Below, one piece after another: positions 39,306-51,744 of a stretch of DNA of 64,000 bases. A program made the translations under genes and the position numbers. The stretch covers positions 8,620,001 to 8,684,000 of the forward strand of contig CM052816.1 in the NCBI GenBank assembly GCA_028534125.1. The letters run 5' to 3'. The notes beneath the pieces are model-generated. The model was not told the origin of the DNA. It saw only the letters and a program-made list of their open reading frames with translations, and ran no database searches. Position 1 is the stretch's first letter, and each line of letters begins with the position of its first letter. The stretch is from Lama glama (Eukaryota).

Positions 39306-40654
39306 GCACAGGTACAAACTACCTGGATTCTGTTCTGTCACTTACTAATTACGTGTCTCTGGGAAGGCCACAATTTCCTCTTCTGTAAAATGGGAATAAC
39401 AGTTGTGATTAGGGGCTATTTTAAGGATTAAATGAGTTAATACTTGTAAAGCACTAGGACCAATGTCTGCATGCATTACTATGAAAATAAATAATTGAGA
39501 TCATGTATATGAGGAATTAAGCAATGATCTTGTATTTTGGATTTGGTTGGAAGCAAAATCAGAAAGAATGGTGGCTTTATCCCTGATACTGTCCTGGGCA
39601 ATAGCTTTTCAGTCAGACACTCAAATGAAGACATCTGAGGTAAGACAGTGGAATGCACCAAGGGTGTGCAAATGGACAGGAGTGACTGAGGAAGGACAGA
39701 AAATGGATTCCCAGAGGCCCTATTAGGAACAAATGCACTGACTAGACAGATGAAAATTTGGAAGGCTAAGCCTATATGTGGCTGGTTACTCTACAGAGAC
39801 ATTAATGTGTGTTTTGCCTGTTTTTTGTTTTTTGTTTTTCATTTTGCTGCTATCGAAGAACAAAAAGAATGAGAGATGGTTTCTTGTCTCCTCCTTGACA
39901 ACCCCATCTCCCCAAGAGAAAAAGAGTTTTGACGCATGGAGTATTGAAAAGAAATTGAAGGTGGAGGCAGTTCTCCCAAGGTGGGAGAGGGTTTGGAAGA
40001 CTTGAGGTGATGGAGGAGACACGACAGAGTAGGAGCATGTATGACATACATTTGAATACAAAGCATGATGTGCTGCCACTAAAGTGAGTGAAATCTCAGG
40101 TTGCATTAATAGAAGCAGGTCTTGTAGAAAGAGGGAGATGATGTCCTTTCTTCTACTCTGGCCAGCCCATGTACTATTCTGGGCAATTTAAGAGGGATGT
40201 GGACATATTCGGTAGTATCCCCAGAAGTCCTCATTAGTTGCACTGGGTTTTTCCTCACCCTCATCATCCCTGACCCATGGGAGCAGCTGATAAATGCCAG
40301 TAGCTCCAAACATTCTCAGTTATGCAGAACTCACCCACTCTCCCCTGGAGAAAGTGGGCCTGGAGGATGAGTCCTGTTGCAGGTCAAGAATTTTACTTTA
40401 TCAGCAGCTACAAAAGCATTAACCTGATCCCTAGGGGCAAAGTTTAGCTTGTTTGGCAACTCCTGGGATCTGCTGGCCTGAGATGCTGTGTCTCCTAGTG
40501 GTCTTAGATTGAGTGACCCAACTCAAAGTCTTCAAGGCCCCCTGCCACGTGTCTGCAGCCTGATTTCCCAATCTTATCTCCCATTACTCCCTTTTACACA
40601 TGTACAACTCAGCCAAAGGAGAACACAGTTCAACTTTTTCAAAAGAACATGCTA

Positions 40655-41230
40655 TATTAGTTGTTTCTGATTGTAAGCGGCAGAATGCCAACTCAAACTG
40701 GGTTGACCAAGAAAGGAAAGTTTACTGGCTCATGTGACTGAGATGTACAGGGTTTCCTGGCATCAAGCCCAGTTGGATCCAACATCTCAGGGTCCCTCGA
40801 TCTCGGTCTCTTGGCTCAGTGTTAGCTTCATTCTCATAGGAACTTTCCCCTAGGAAGTTGAAAAATGGTTGCTGAAAGCTCCAGACTCAAATCTTGCAGC
40901 TCAACAGCTCTAACAGAAATAGAATTTTGCTCCCCCAAGAGTTTGAGCCCAAGGCTTAGGAACTGACTTTCATCGAACAGACTGGGGTTATTGCCCATCC
41001 CAAATCAAGTCCTGTGGCAAGAGGCATTGAACACAGTGACTGAACAGGCCCAAGTGACATGCCCCAGGATGCAGGGGAAGAGATCCCATTAAGAGTTGGG
41101 GGTATCACAAGAGTCAGTGTGGCTTACACTCAGGACTTGAGAGTGGCAAAGGGTGGTCCCTAAAGGACGTTGTGCATTCCATGATTAGAAGCAGGGGAAA
41201 TGGGTGATAGGCAGGCAACAGCACACGCCC
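40655..41230. mobile_element. MLT1-type solo LTR
   Basis: tattagttgtttctgattgtaagcggcagaatgccaactcaaactggg...tttactggctcatgtgactgag. Confidence 0.65.
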
Positions 41231-41604
41231 ACCCCCACGCATGCTGTATCACTCCTCCTGGCAACCTAGTAAATTGGTATCAGTCCAACAGAGAGTGAGG
41301 GAAGCAAAGCCAAGAAAAGCAGGGGAAACCCTGCATTTCTTCTTGCTGGCTCTGAAAGGGGACTAGAAGGGAGGATGCGGAACCATGGGGAGGATTTTAA
41401 ACTTTGAAAGTTAACCTTCCTGCAAAGATCATGACTAATGGAAAGAGAGATGCTCCTGGAGCCTGGACGCAGAATCAGGGAGGGAAACCCAGGGACTGGT
41501 GAGGAGTCAAGCAGCAGATGCTACTTAATATGCTTCTTCCCCGCCGATCCTTTTTTTTTTTTTAAGGTGTTTTATTGGTTTTTTCAGAGTAAGCACATAT
41601 GCAT

Positions 41605-41737
41605 TTACTGGGGTTTTTTTCGGGGGGGTAGATAATTACGTTTATGTATTTGTTTATTTAATGGAGGTACTGGGGACTGAATCCAGGACCTTGTGCACAC
41701 TAGGCATGCTCTCTACCACTAAGCTATACCCTCCCCC
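41605..41737 (-). mobile_element. tRNA-derived camelid SINE (Vic-1-like)
   Basis: tttaatggaggtactggggactgaatccaggaccttgtgcac...ctctaccactaagctataccctcccc. Confidence 0.85.
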
Positions 41738-42704
41738 TCCATCCTTAAAGAGCCCTGTACTGTTCAGGTGTCTACCCAACCCAGCCTCAGAGTGAATCAT
41801 GACTGGTCCAAGCTCATTATGATGCCACCACCCTTCTTGCCAACAACTAGACCAGGTGTGAACTTGTGATGTAATTCTGATCAATGATATCTGGGGGGCT
41901 TTTCAGAACCACTTTCTTCACTGACAAAAAGAAACGGGAAAAAATAGACCATCCCCCTGTGCTGGACAGTATTATGTCTAGAAGTGCAGCAGGTTATCCT
42001 ATAATGAAGAAGACAGCCAGCCTGAAGGCCAGCTGATGTCAGAAGAAGACAGAGCAGAAAAATGGAAAGAACTTGAGACTTTGCTCAAGACGCTGAGCCA
42101 CTGAATTAACCAATCCTGGGAACATCTTACTTTGGGACTTCTTAGAATATGGCATTACAACGTTCCTTTATAGGCCAATCACACTGGAGCCCTCTCTTAC
42201 TGTAGCCACAGCACCTAAGTGACTCAAATAGGCCTTGCTTATTGAGAGAGTTTCCAAAGAGAGAGGACACTTCCAACACAAGGTGCTGAGGCTCTAGGCA
42301 AGCTGCACAGCCTCCTGAGAAGTGCAGAGTGGTGGAAGGAGGATGCGCTTCAGAGACTCACACTCCTAGATCTGTCACTTAACAGCTGTGTGCCCTTGAC
42401 CACATTCATTCAACTCTCAAGGACTCAGTGTTTTCATCTGTAAAATGGGAAGGATAACCTGTACTTCATCGAGTTATTGTGAGGCTCGAGACCATGCAGA
42501 GTTCTGACAGACAATGATAACGGCCACATATGGAAGGATCACTTTTATCTGCATATCACCGGACCAGGAACTCAGTGATGTCCAACTAATGACTGATAAG
42601 GTGGTGACACTTTATCAGAAATTCTTCAAAAAGCTTCTTGAAAGATCCAGATTCCTGGACTCTATCCATGGGGATCACAATTCAATAGATCTAAGATGGG
42701 ATCT

Positions 42705-42789
42705 GTGTATTAGTCACCACTCTTTCAGTTGCAAGATGCAAAAACTCAGCTCAAACTGGCTGAGGCAAAAGAAAAAGAAAGAGACAAAT

Positions 42790-42886
<97 letters not shown>

Positions 42887-43360
42887 AAAGAAGGAAAGAA
42901 AGAAGGAAAGAAAGAAAGCAAGCAAGCAAGCAAGCAAGCAACTTATTGCTTCCTGTGTTTGAATAGCCTAGTCTGAATACACTTCAGACATGGCTGGATC
43001 CAGGTGCTCATGACATGTCATGAGGTTTCTGTCTGTCTGTCTCTCTTCTCTCATGTCTTGTCATGATTTGCCTCTGCATTGGCTTCATTCTTAGCCAGCA
43101 GTTCCAAGCTGACAGCTACCAGCCTAGAGTCTCTGAAAAACAGAGAATCTCTTCCCCTATAGCCCTGCCAAAATCCTGGGACTGCCATTTTTTGAGCCCT
43201 GGGCTGATTACTCTGTCTGTGATTGGCTCGGCCTGGGTAATGTGCTTGCCCCTAGACACCGCCAGAACCACATGGAGTTCTTGGGGGCAAGGACAGCTCT
43301 CTGAGGTAATATAGGGGCTCTCCTCAGAAGACGAGGAAATGGGTGCTGAGCTGATTAACA
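42705..43360. mobile_element. MLT1-type LTR containing a compound microsatellite
   Basis: tgtattagtcaccactctttcagttgcaagatgcaaaaactcagctcaaactggctgag...ttcagacatggctggatccaggtgctca. Confidence 0.65.
42792..42941. repeat. Compound microsatellite (GA)n(GAAA)n(GCAA)n
   Basis: Directly visible. Confidence 0.97.
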
Positions 43361-44679
43361 CACTACAGGTCTCAGAATCCTTATTTTTTACCGTCACTCA
43401 GTTGATTCTGACAGGTTTGGGAATGACTGCTGGACAGATCACTGGTTTGGGGACTTATTAGAGCCATGGAATCCCTTTCTTCCTAGGAAATCTTAAAACA
43501 GATCTAAAATTGGCCCTATCCCAGGGGAAGGAGGGGTTTCGGGGCCCCCATCACCCCCCCAGCAGTCCCGAAGGCCCCCCAGAGGCTCCTGTGAGCTCCC
43601 TGATTTCCTTGCTCTCCGAGGTCCCTTTTGCTCTGATTCTCCAGTCCTGCATTTGGTGCAACAGAAAGGGTGGAGTGGGAGGGAAGTCTCAAAGAGCTCC
43701 CCTAATGCTGTCCCCGCTTCCAACCTCTGCCCGTGCCTCAGCAGCCAGCATCAGAGGAGTACACAGGGGCAGGAGGGGCCAGTGGCTGACTTAGAAGGTG
43801 CGTCAGACATGCCACATCGGATGCTTCTGGCTTTGAAAGCCCATACTGGCCCAAAGCCAAATGGCTTCACGGGTTCTGCAGAGCGCTGGGCCCTGGGGCT
43901 GCGTGGGCGTTGATGACCCGCCTGTCTGCCAGTGACAGAGGGGATGGCGGCAGCACTGCATCCGTTGTAGCAGAGGGAGATGCTAAAGGGACACACTGGC
44001 TGGGGAGACGTGCGGAGGGTGAAGTCAATTTCACACTTTATTAGTCAGTCTGGGGCCAACTGAGGCCATCCTGAAACTGGGCTGAGGCCCCAACTCTCCC
44101 TCCTCCCTTCACCAGCAAGAAAGGCCTCTATCGCCTGAAGCTCTTCTTATTGAAGGAGCAGTATTTTTTTCTACTCAAACCCCACAGCATTCAAACAAGG
44201 AGCTGGGATCCCTTTTATTCTGCAAGAGACCAAAGCTGAGGGGTGAGCAAATACAATGTGTGTGTGTTGAAGGAGAGGGTTGAACCATGTTTATTCATTT
44301 ATTCATCCATCATCTATTCAACAGATATGTACTGGGAGCCTACTATGCGCAAGCAAACTGAGCCTGGTGCTCAGTGTAATAAAATACTGTCCTCAGGGAA
44401 CACTCATTCATTCACCAGCTTTTCACTGAGTACCTACTAAGTACCCAATACCATACTAGGCTCTGGGGATGCAGTATGAACAGGCAGACAGAGCTCCTAT
44501 CCTCTTGGAGCTAATTCAATGGGAGAAAACTTCAAATAAAAGGGCAATTTCAAAAGAGAGGGAGAAGGACCCGAGGAGAGGCACACACAGGAAAAGCACC
44601 TGAACCTAGCAAGGAAGGCTTCCTGGAAGAAGCGACATGCCACTGAGACTTGAAGGATGATTTAGCAAGAGTGAGAAGG

Positions 44680-44943
44680 GGTGGGGCATAAATTGGGAGT
44701 TTGAGATTTGCAAATATTAACTAGTATATATAAAACAGATAACAAGTTTCTTCTGTACAGCACGAGGAACTGTATTCAATATCTTGTAGTAACCTATAAT
44801 GAAAAAGAATATGAAAACAAATATATGTATGTATATGTATGACTGAAACATTATGCTGCACACCAGAAATTGACACATTGTAACTGACTATACTTTCATA
44901 AGTAAATAAATAAAAGATTCCTGGCTAGTCAAAAAAAAAAAAA
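44680..44943 (+). mobile_element. 5'-truncated young L1 with poly(A) and TSD
   Basis: L1 3' UTR closely similar to the copy at 28542; agtgagaagg repeated at 44670-44679 and 44943-44952. Confidence 0.85.
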
Positions 44944-46319
44944 GTGAGAAGGAAGTGGGAAAGGGCGTACCACCCTGGTGAAAGAGTGTGTACAAAGGAG
45001 GCCAGAGAGAGCAAAAATAGATTCAGCTCAGCCAGAGCACAGAGTTCAAGGAGGGGAAGAGATAAACAGGGCCCAGACCATGAAGCCACAGTCAAGAACC
45101 CTGGAAGGACCTCCAAGAGCCCTGGATTCAGATCTCATTTCTGAAAGCTGACCTTGGTGGTGGCCTTGTGAAGACCAGAAGGCAGGCAGGACTGGAGGCA
45201 GGAGACGCAGTTGGAGGCTGAAGAGGGCAGGTGAGTGCTCATGGAGCCCCAGCCCGGGTGTTCCCTGGCAGTGGAGGTGGTGAAAAGGGGGTGTCTCTAG
45301 GAGATCTGAGGGATGGCATGCTCTGTGGGGGCTCTCTGTAGGTCAGAGGTTGAGTACAGGGGACAAAGACTGGATTGGGAGTCAGATGAAGTTGGGTTCC
45401 GACTTGCTCTGCTCTTAACACCCACGTGACCTTCAGCAAGTACCTGTACCTCTTTGCCCTTCCTTCATAAAATGGGACTCTATATCCACCTAATGAGATA
45501 ACAGGGCGTAGAAAACCACGCGCATGGGCTATTTGCAAGGAACATGAAGGAGCTTGTGATGAGAATGGCAAGAACCCAAAGGTCAGTCCACAGGAAAACT
45601 CTCAATACAATCTGCCAGTTTCCTGCCTTCATGAAAGTAATCACAGAGTCAGTGTTCTTTCCTTTAAAACCAGGGTTAATATCCTTGCTCTGGACCCCTC
45701 TCTGTGGCCTTTCTGGTCACTTGACTTCTTGAAGCCTCTGTTACCTTATCTGCAAAATGAGGATGACAACACCAACTTGGCAGGGCTGTTGTGGGGACTG
45801 ACTGAGAAGATGTGCGTAAGGTGCTTAAGCATAATGCTTGGTGCATGGTAGGTGCTGAATAAACAATCATTAGGATTCTCCTTAATATTCTCTACTCTTA
45901 CCATCACCCATCCAGGTACCATGAGCACTTCCTTGGTGCCAGATCCTGTACTAGGCATCAGAGATGAGCAGAAAATAATTTTTTAAAAATCTGTTAAGTA
46001 TTTATTAAATGCTTATCTGATCTAATGGCTTTTTATGAGTGTGTGTATAGACACTAATTAATTAAATCCCCGTATCAATCCTGTGCTGTAGCTACCAATA
46101 CTGTCAACTCCATTCTACAGAAGAGGAAGCTGAGGCTCAGAGTAGGTGGAGAACTTTCCCAAAGTCACGCCAGGGGTGAGGGAAGGTGGATTTGATTCTG
46201 CCTAGTCTGGCTCCTGAGCTCATGTATGATGCCATCCTGCCTCTTGAGGATCTGGGGTCAGTAGTCCAGTGTCTGCTCTACCTGAGCCACTCAAGACCCC
46301 CTTGGTTAAAGTGACAGCT

Positions 46320-46570
46320 ACTCCACACAGTGGTTGTGCACTCTGGCATCTGACTACCTGAGTTTGAAACCCAGCTCTGCTGCTTAGAGTCTGTGTGAAC
46401 TTGAGCACGTTATTTAACTCTTCTATTCCTTGGTTCTTCCTCTGTGGAGGGAATGACTGTCACACCCGCATAGAATCGTGGGAGGTGACAGCCTAAATGA
46501 GACAGTGCATCCAGAGCTTGGCCCAGTGCCTGGCACACATAAGTGCTCAAGAATGTTGGCCATTATTTTG
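46320..46570 (+). mobile_element. MIR SINE
   Basis: ctctggcatctgactacctgagtttgaaacccagctctgc...cagtgcctggcacacataagtgctcaa. Confidence 0.75.
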
Positions 46571-46959
46571 AAGAGAAAGGGGAATTTGTTGGTGCCTGTA
46601 AACAAACTACAGAAAGGACAGGGGTGGAGCTGACTTTGGGTCACTGAACACTCTATCAGAAGGTGTCTACTGGTCTACCTGTGACTCTCTATGTCATTCT
46701 ATGTCTCGTTCATTCTCTATTGCTGTCTTGTCCTCTCTCTCTCTCCCCCCGATCTCATTTTCTCTCTTCACATGCCGGCTTGATCCCAAACTTGAGACCA
46801 TGTTCCCAAGATGTGGGGTCACGGGCCTCAAGTAGAGTTGCCAGGTAAAATACAGGGCATCTAGTTAAATTTGAGTTTCAGATAAACCATGAATAATTTT
46901 TTAGTGTAAGCACTTGTCATTTGGGACACACTAAAGATTATCTGGATTTAGGATTAAGA

Positions 46960-47730
46960 TAGATAAAACCCCTACCTTTGAGGATTCTAATGAGGGAATC
47001 AGACAACAAACAAATAAGAAAATAAGAGGACGTAGCAAAGTCTATAATGACAGTAAGACAGAGTGATGGCTAGTGAGTGACTGGGGTCACGGCAGGGAGG
47101 GCTGGAGGCTACCCAGATGGAGCGGTCAGCGAGGGCCTCACTGAGGAGCAGGCCTGTGTGGCAAGAAGCCAGCTATGGGCAGATCTGGGGGAAGAGAGTC
47201 CCACGGAAGGAAAAGGCCAAGGCCGAGTCCTTGAGTTAGGAATGCGCTCAGAATCATTGAGAACTAGAAAGAGGAAACCAGAGTTGGCTGTAGCACCCTG
47301 GTCAAGGGGGAGGGGGGTACATGATGTGGTGAGAGGGAGGCAAGGACCCGTAAGGAATTTGGGGTTTGTTCAGTTTTAAGCAGAGGTGTGACAGTCTCTA
47401 ATTTACTTTTTCGAAGAATCATTTTGTTCTATGGAGACTGGGTGAGGGTGAAGGACAGGGCGGGAACCCAGAGACTGTCAGGAGGCTCCTGCAGGAGCCC
47501 AGGTGAGACTAGAGGCTCTTCACCTGGAGTGAATGTGGTGGAGAGCGGAGAGGTGGACTGGGAAGGTTTCGGCAGTAAAGGTGACTGAAGGACCGACTAT
47601 GCAGGGCTGAGAGGAAGTAGAGCGAATCCCAGGTCTTTGGCATGAACAATGTAGTGTGTGAGGGCGCCGTTTACTGAGAGAAGATGGCGGGCAGAGTGCC
47701 TTTGGGGTCGCGGTTGCAAATCAGGGATTG
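46960..47730 (-). mobile_element. L2 LINE fragment
   Basis: ggtcagcgagggcctcactgaggag...cccaggtctttggcatgaacaa...gccgtttactgag resembles reverse L2. Confidence 0.6.
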
Positions 47731-48179
47731 GTGGCGCTGCCCCTTACAGGAGGCTAGAGAACCAGGACAGAATCTTGAGGGAGGAAGGGATAGAATTCAA
47801 ATTCCTTGTTCACTTTTATTAAAAATAATGCATTATGTAGATATTGTAATATGTTAAGAAAAACAAAAGGCACCCTATAGTTACAATACACAGGACAAAA
47901 CTGAGTCTGGACCGTCTGGACCGAATGATTTTGGCTGGTGGCTGTGCTCCTCCAGGTGGGGGTGGGGACCGTGACTCCTAAGAGGAGGTCCTAGCTCGGA
48001 ATCTCTGGGAGGAGGCCAGGGGGGTGGTGTGAAGGGCAGGCAGTTGTTGGGCTTTTTCCAGTTGTGCCTGTGTGTCGCCGTGTTTGTACTTTTATTGGAT
48101 GTTTGTTTGCCGTTCTGCCTCAGCTTCTGGTGAGGAATGGGGAAAGGGTGAAAAAGAATTTTGAAAGGAAAAACACTTA

Positions 48180-48613
48180 GAAATGTGGCGGGGGCGGGGG
48201 GTGGGGGAGGAACGCAGGGGGGAAGGTATACTCACAAACGCAGGCCGCACCTGCAAGGCGACCCGCCGCCGCTCTGCCCGGGCCGTGAGGACGCCTCCCG
48301 AGCGAAGGGAGTAACTCAAGATGGCGGCTCTAAGCGCCAGAGAGGCTCTGAGGACGTGGTGGCTGCGACGGTCCCGAGGGAGCAGCCTTTGGCCTCTTAA
48401 GACATCCACTTGCTTTCAGTCTGGAACCAGCTCACGCACTGAGGGGGTATTTTTTCAGAGCCTGAGGTGGTGAAGGGTCAGGAACACAGACACTAGAGCA
48501 AAGGCTGAAGGTCCGAGGAGCCTTAGCCCAGAGAAGACTCGGGCTGGGGGTCACCGCCGGCAAGGCTTGGGAGGACCCCCTCGGAGGGGGCGGGACAGCC
48601 AAACTGATTGGCT
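48180..48613. promoter_or_regulatory. Orphan CpG-rich promoter-like element (GC boxes, NF-Y CCAAT box, YY1 site)
   Basis: About 20 CpGs in 48181-48380; CAAGATGGCGGC at 48317-48328; GGGGGCGGG at 48586-48594; CTGATTGGCT at 48604-48613. Confidence 0.6.
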
Positions 48614-51600
48614 CCTTGAGGATCAATCATCTAAGCAGCGCTCATACTTTCCAGATACGGGGCCGAAGACTTCCGTGCCTGATCCCATTTCAACATCCCA
48701 ACAGCCCTTTGAGGTAGGACTATATCCTGGTTTACCCACAAAGAGGAGAGTGAGGTTTTAGAGAGATGAAATAACTTGTTCAACGAGGTGACACAGCTGG
48801 TAAGTGTGGAGTCAGGATTTGAATTCAGGCGTTTTGCAGTGTGAAGCCTGGGCTCCTGACCAGCACAGCCTCTTCATTCCAGACTCTCTCTCAGGTCCAG
48901 CCCACCTTGCTCTCTAGGTTCAATCTTGTTCTCGGATGGGAGGGTTTCAAGCAGTTCTAGACCAGCCCCTAGAGCTCAAAATGAAGTCCCTGGTGCTGAA
49001 AGCTGGACACCAACCTTGTGCCCAGCTCTCAATCCTGCCTCCTGCCAGGATCTCTGTATCTTTAGTGGACCTCTTCCCCAAGTCCCCTGGGCATGGTACT
49101 TGAACCTCAACCCAGAAACTAAGCCCTACTGCCCACTTTCTGACCTGGCCTTAACTTCTGTCCTGCCTGGACCTAGGAGATACCTGTCCTCAAGTGCCCT
49201 TTTAGGGTTCCAACTGCCTGCTGGGCACCCACTGCCTGCCCCCACATCCCTGGGGAGTGAGCCCTGGGATCACCATGCCCTCCCAACCTTGCAACTCCTT
49301 CGCCTGCCTCAACCCTCTTCCTAGCCCTGGCACTGGATCTGTGCTGTGAGCCCTAGTCCTGCTCTAGGGGAGGCCTGGGGTCAATGCTAACTACAACACC
49401 AGCTTGGCCCTTGAAGTGCAACAGAATAAGGTCCACAGTGGCTGGTTGCTGTTAAGTCTTATGGGGTTTTTAAAATTTTTTTTTTAAGCTTCCAGCTCCT
49501 AAGAGCTTCCTATGTGCCAGCACTGGATTAATCATGTAAAGTAGATTCCCTCACATAACCCTCAAACAACCCTGTGAGAAGTGGAAACTGTGGTGATTGT
49601 TATTAGTGCACCGGCCTTTCCCCAGGCCAGAGACTCTGCTGATGTTCCTGGAATCACGGAGACCCCAGAATCAAGACAAGCAGGCTCTTCTCTGGCTGGA
49701 AGCCGCCCCTCCACTTCCTGTCTGGCCCTCCCAAGCCAGGGCCAGTTTCAAGGCACTATGGCTGGAAGAAGGTAACCCTTTCCTCTTGCCCACTAGTCTG
49801 GCTCTGCTCTCACATGGCATCCCTTGGGTCTCCTCTGCTGTCTTCTCTGGGCCCTACAGCAATAGACAGAGCCGACCAAAACAAGGGCAGCTCAGCAGAT
49901 TCTCACGGCCACTGACCCTGAAATGTGTCCCATTCAGCTGCTGTGTGCAGCTGAAGACACAAGAGTTCAGGTGGGGAGGACCAGACTGTTCCCTGACCCA
50001 GGGAAGGTGCAGCAGACCTGTGATGGTCCCCATCTTCTCTGAAGGCTAGGAAGCCTGAGGGGCAGGGGTATCCCGGAGCCCGCTCTAGCTCCACTACCCA
50101 GTCCCTCCCTGCATGCCTCGCTGCTGAGCCACACAACAGTCACTGCCCAGTCAGAAAGAACCATTCCAAGCCTTGTGAACAAAGGGATTTTAATATAGGG
50201 AAGAGGTTACACTGGTGAAAGAAGACCCGAGAAGCACCCCAGGGATTAACAATAGCAAAGACACTCCAGTCCTCAGGCTGGAGGGACAGAGGGAAGAGGC
50301 AGTGTTATTAGTGCGCAGTATCTGAAACTCCCTGACAAAAACTGGAAGCACAGCCAGGCCTGTCCTACGGGACCTAAGTCCAAGAGGGAAGGGCCATCCA
50401 GTGGAAGCTGGAACCATGGAGGAGACCAGCCAAGGCAGAGATGCTGCCTGAAGCAGAGAGAGGGAGAAATACCTTGAGTTCTCCCCTTCTCCCTCCCTTC
50501 AGTGCCTCCCACTGGCCAAACCCACCAGAAAACCAGAGGACAAAGGAGCCTGGGAAACGTAGTTCCCTGTAGCACAGAGCTGCGCAGGGAAGGGAATAAG
50601 TGAGAGCAAGCAAGCAAATAACCAAACTCTGAGATAGGAACTGCTCACAAGGGGTGGTTGCAACTTTTTCACCCACTCTGGTCCAATCTTCCTGGGGCTC
50701 AGGGCCGTATCTAACCTGCAGCCACTGTGCAGAGCTCTCTTTCCATTCACAGGCCTCAAGGATGCCCAGACACCTGACGACAGGCAAATGGGCCTAAGAC
50801 AGGGAACCCAGAACCACCCTGAGGTGTCCTGGAAGCATGCGGGCTGCCTGAGACCTAACTGAACAGCATCAGCTGGTGCTTCTCAGCCCAGCCATAAGGC
50901 AGAGCCCAACAGGACAAATCTGGTCCCCACTTTTCTTTCTTCCCAAATCTGCCAGGTCCCCTTGGAACACCCTGAGAAGATGCTCCTGGCTGCAAAGGGC
51001 CCTGAGCCTATGAGCAGGATTGCTGCTCCAGTGCATCCGTGTGCCTGGTTATTGCCTGAGTACCTGCCTGACTAGCCCGGTGCAGTGGACCGCAGAAACC
51101 CCTATCGCTGGAAACAAGAAGGAGAATCTGGGTCGTTCACGCCCATGATTGCGATTGCCCTAGATGGTAAACCTGCCCACCCTGACCCAGCTGCAGCACC
51201 ACAGATGACAGAGAAGGGAGAGTCCCAGGAATGCCTTTGAGGGGCAGCAGCAGCCTCTGAGGAAAGGGCTATATCCAACCTCCACCAGGCTCTTAGGAGC
51301 AGGGTCCAGGGGGCTCCATGTACATAAGGGAGTGGCCAGGCCTTGTCACCAACCTATATATATAGAGAAAGACAGGCCCTGCAAACCTTCCTCCAAATGT
51401 CATGCCTTTTCTCCTAAAGAACCCACAATAATGAATACTAATAAGCCAGGTGCTGGGCTAAGTGATAATTATATCAGTATCTCATTTAATCCTCAAAAGA
51501 ACCTTGTGAGATAAGTACTGTGGAGACCCTCGTGAGTGGGTCATAAAATAAGGCCCACAATCTAATAAAAGTTTGAGGACAACAATAGAAACAGTAGCTT

Positions 51601-51744
51601 AAAAGGAAACAGTGTTTCCCAGAGACCCAAGAAAGGGAAGTTAATGTCTGATGAAGTAGTAAGTGAAGTGAAGACACATGAAGGCATTTCACAGGGTATA
51701 TAAAGATATGAAGCTAATTCTTCACAAGGGATTCTTCATCAGGA

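Noticed and set aside
8638..41737. tRNA-like sequences
   Set aside because: These are tRNA-derived SINEs with A-rich tails and no intact cloverleaf, not tRNA genes.
42514..42966. 150-aa K/E/R-rich ORF and antisense F/L/S-rich ORFs
   Set aside because: Translations of the microsatellite.
48092..48409. 105-aa unspliced ORF from the track
   Set aside because: The start is GTG, not ATG; the nearby ATG (48405) is followed by a stop after two codons.
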